From IMG/VR virus record IMGVR_UViG_2534681759_000010, positions 1 to 36,000 of that record: a stretch of 36,000 bases of DNA. The stretch is one strand, 5' to 3'. Below the pieces are notes generated by a model. That model ran no database searches. It had not been told where the DNA came from and saw only the letters and a list, made by a program, of their open reading frames with translations. This document shows positions 35,614-36,000 of this stretch, piece by piece. Both the position numbers and the translations under genes were made by a program. Within the stretch, counting starts at the first letter, position 1, and each line of letters opens with the position of its first letter. This stretch comes from a virus. Taxonomy: Duplodnaviria; Heunggongvirae; Uroviricota; Caudoviricetes.

Positions 35614-36000
35614 TTAAGCGCGAACGATGGTCAGAGTATCCAGCAAACCTTTTTCGTATAATTCGAAACACGTTTTATATTGCTCAATCTTCCAACCGTA
35701 GCGGGTGATCTTATTCAGTAGAATAATCGCGCTATTCTCATCTAGGTATTGTCCTTGTTGTCCAATGACATAAGTCTCGCGGGATAGTCTCAGCTTACGG
35801 AAACCTTTAACACCTAATTCCTTAGCCACCGTTTTAATCTCGTTAATCTCACCTTCTGCGGCTACATATTCAGCGTCGATAATCTCAGGTGATGATCTCA
35901 GTGCTACCAGAACTAAGGCCATTGCTTCTTCTTCGGTACGAGCAACACCAGCTTTCTCGAAAGTCATCTCGCCAAATTTACGAATCATGATATTGAACAT
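35614..36000 (-). CDS. Hypothetical protein; N-terminus may lie beyond the window edge
   Basis: ORF runs to the window boundary; no family recognised. Confidence 0.45.
   Translation of the reverse strand: MFNIMIRKFGEMTFEKAGVARTEEEAMALVLVALRSSPEIIDAEYVAAEGEINEIKTVAKELGVKGFRKLRLSRETYVIGQQGQYLDENSAIILLNKITRYGWKIEQYKTCFELYEKGLLDTLTIVRA

Noticed and set aside
1-36000. tRNA, rRNA or CRISPR content
   Set aside because: No cloverleaf-like GC-rich 70-90 nt segments, rRNA-like sequence or regular repeat-spacer array seen on reading; a tRNA scan was not possible without tools.

Overview
The window reads as most of a lambda-supergroup siphovirus genome, probably a prophage, with a complete head-tail-lysis morphogenesis block on the + strand. 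From sequence alone I recognise a Nu1-like small terminase (1020..1580), a GpA-family large terminase (7525..9429), a lambda-B-type portal (10007..11518), a single 670-aa ORF fusing an HK97-type prohead protease, an acidic scaffold-like linker and the major capsid protein (11565..13577), neck proteins, a 1176-aa tail fibre with a C-terminal self-cleaving chaperone domain, three tandem paralogous ~100-aa Gly-rich genes, tail tube, G/T chaperones, tape measure, tail-tip proteins, an I-J fusion central fibre whose C-terminus closely resembles lambda J, and a lysis cassette with an M15-family endolysin. The left edge (1..351) is a HicB-family antitoxin ORF that loses its C-terminal DNA-binding part at about nt 336, which I read as a candidate integration junction. 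Accessory content sits in two blocks: a roughly 6-kb regulatory and repeat-rich block that separates the two terminase genes (divergent sigma70 promoters, a TTTTGCCCCTGAA repeat array, a structured non-coding stretch, a Rha-family regulator, HTH proteins), and a right-hand block (31.1-36 kb) with two divergent zinc-finger/T5orf172 nuclease-like genes flanking a highly acidic protein, a large serine recombinase, a small secreted protein and small hydrophobic peptides. No CRISPR array, tRNA, rRNA, replication module or CI-type repressor was recognised. All homology statements come from reading the translations and recalling family signatures; no search was run. Coordinates not taken from the ORF track are approximate to within a few bases.
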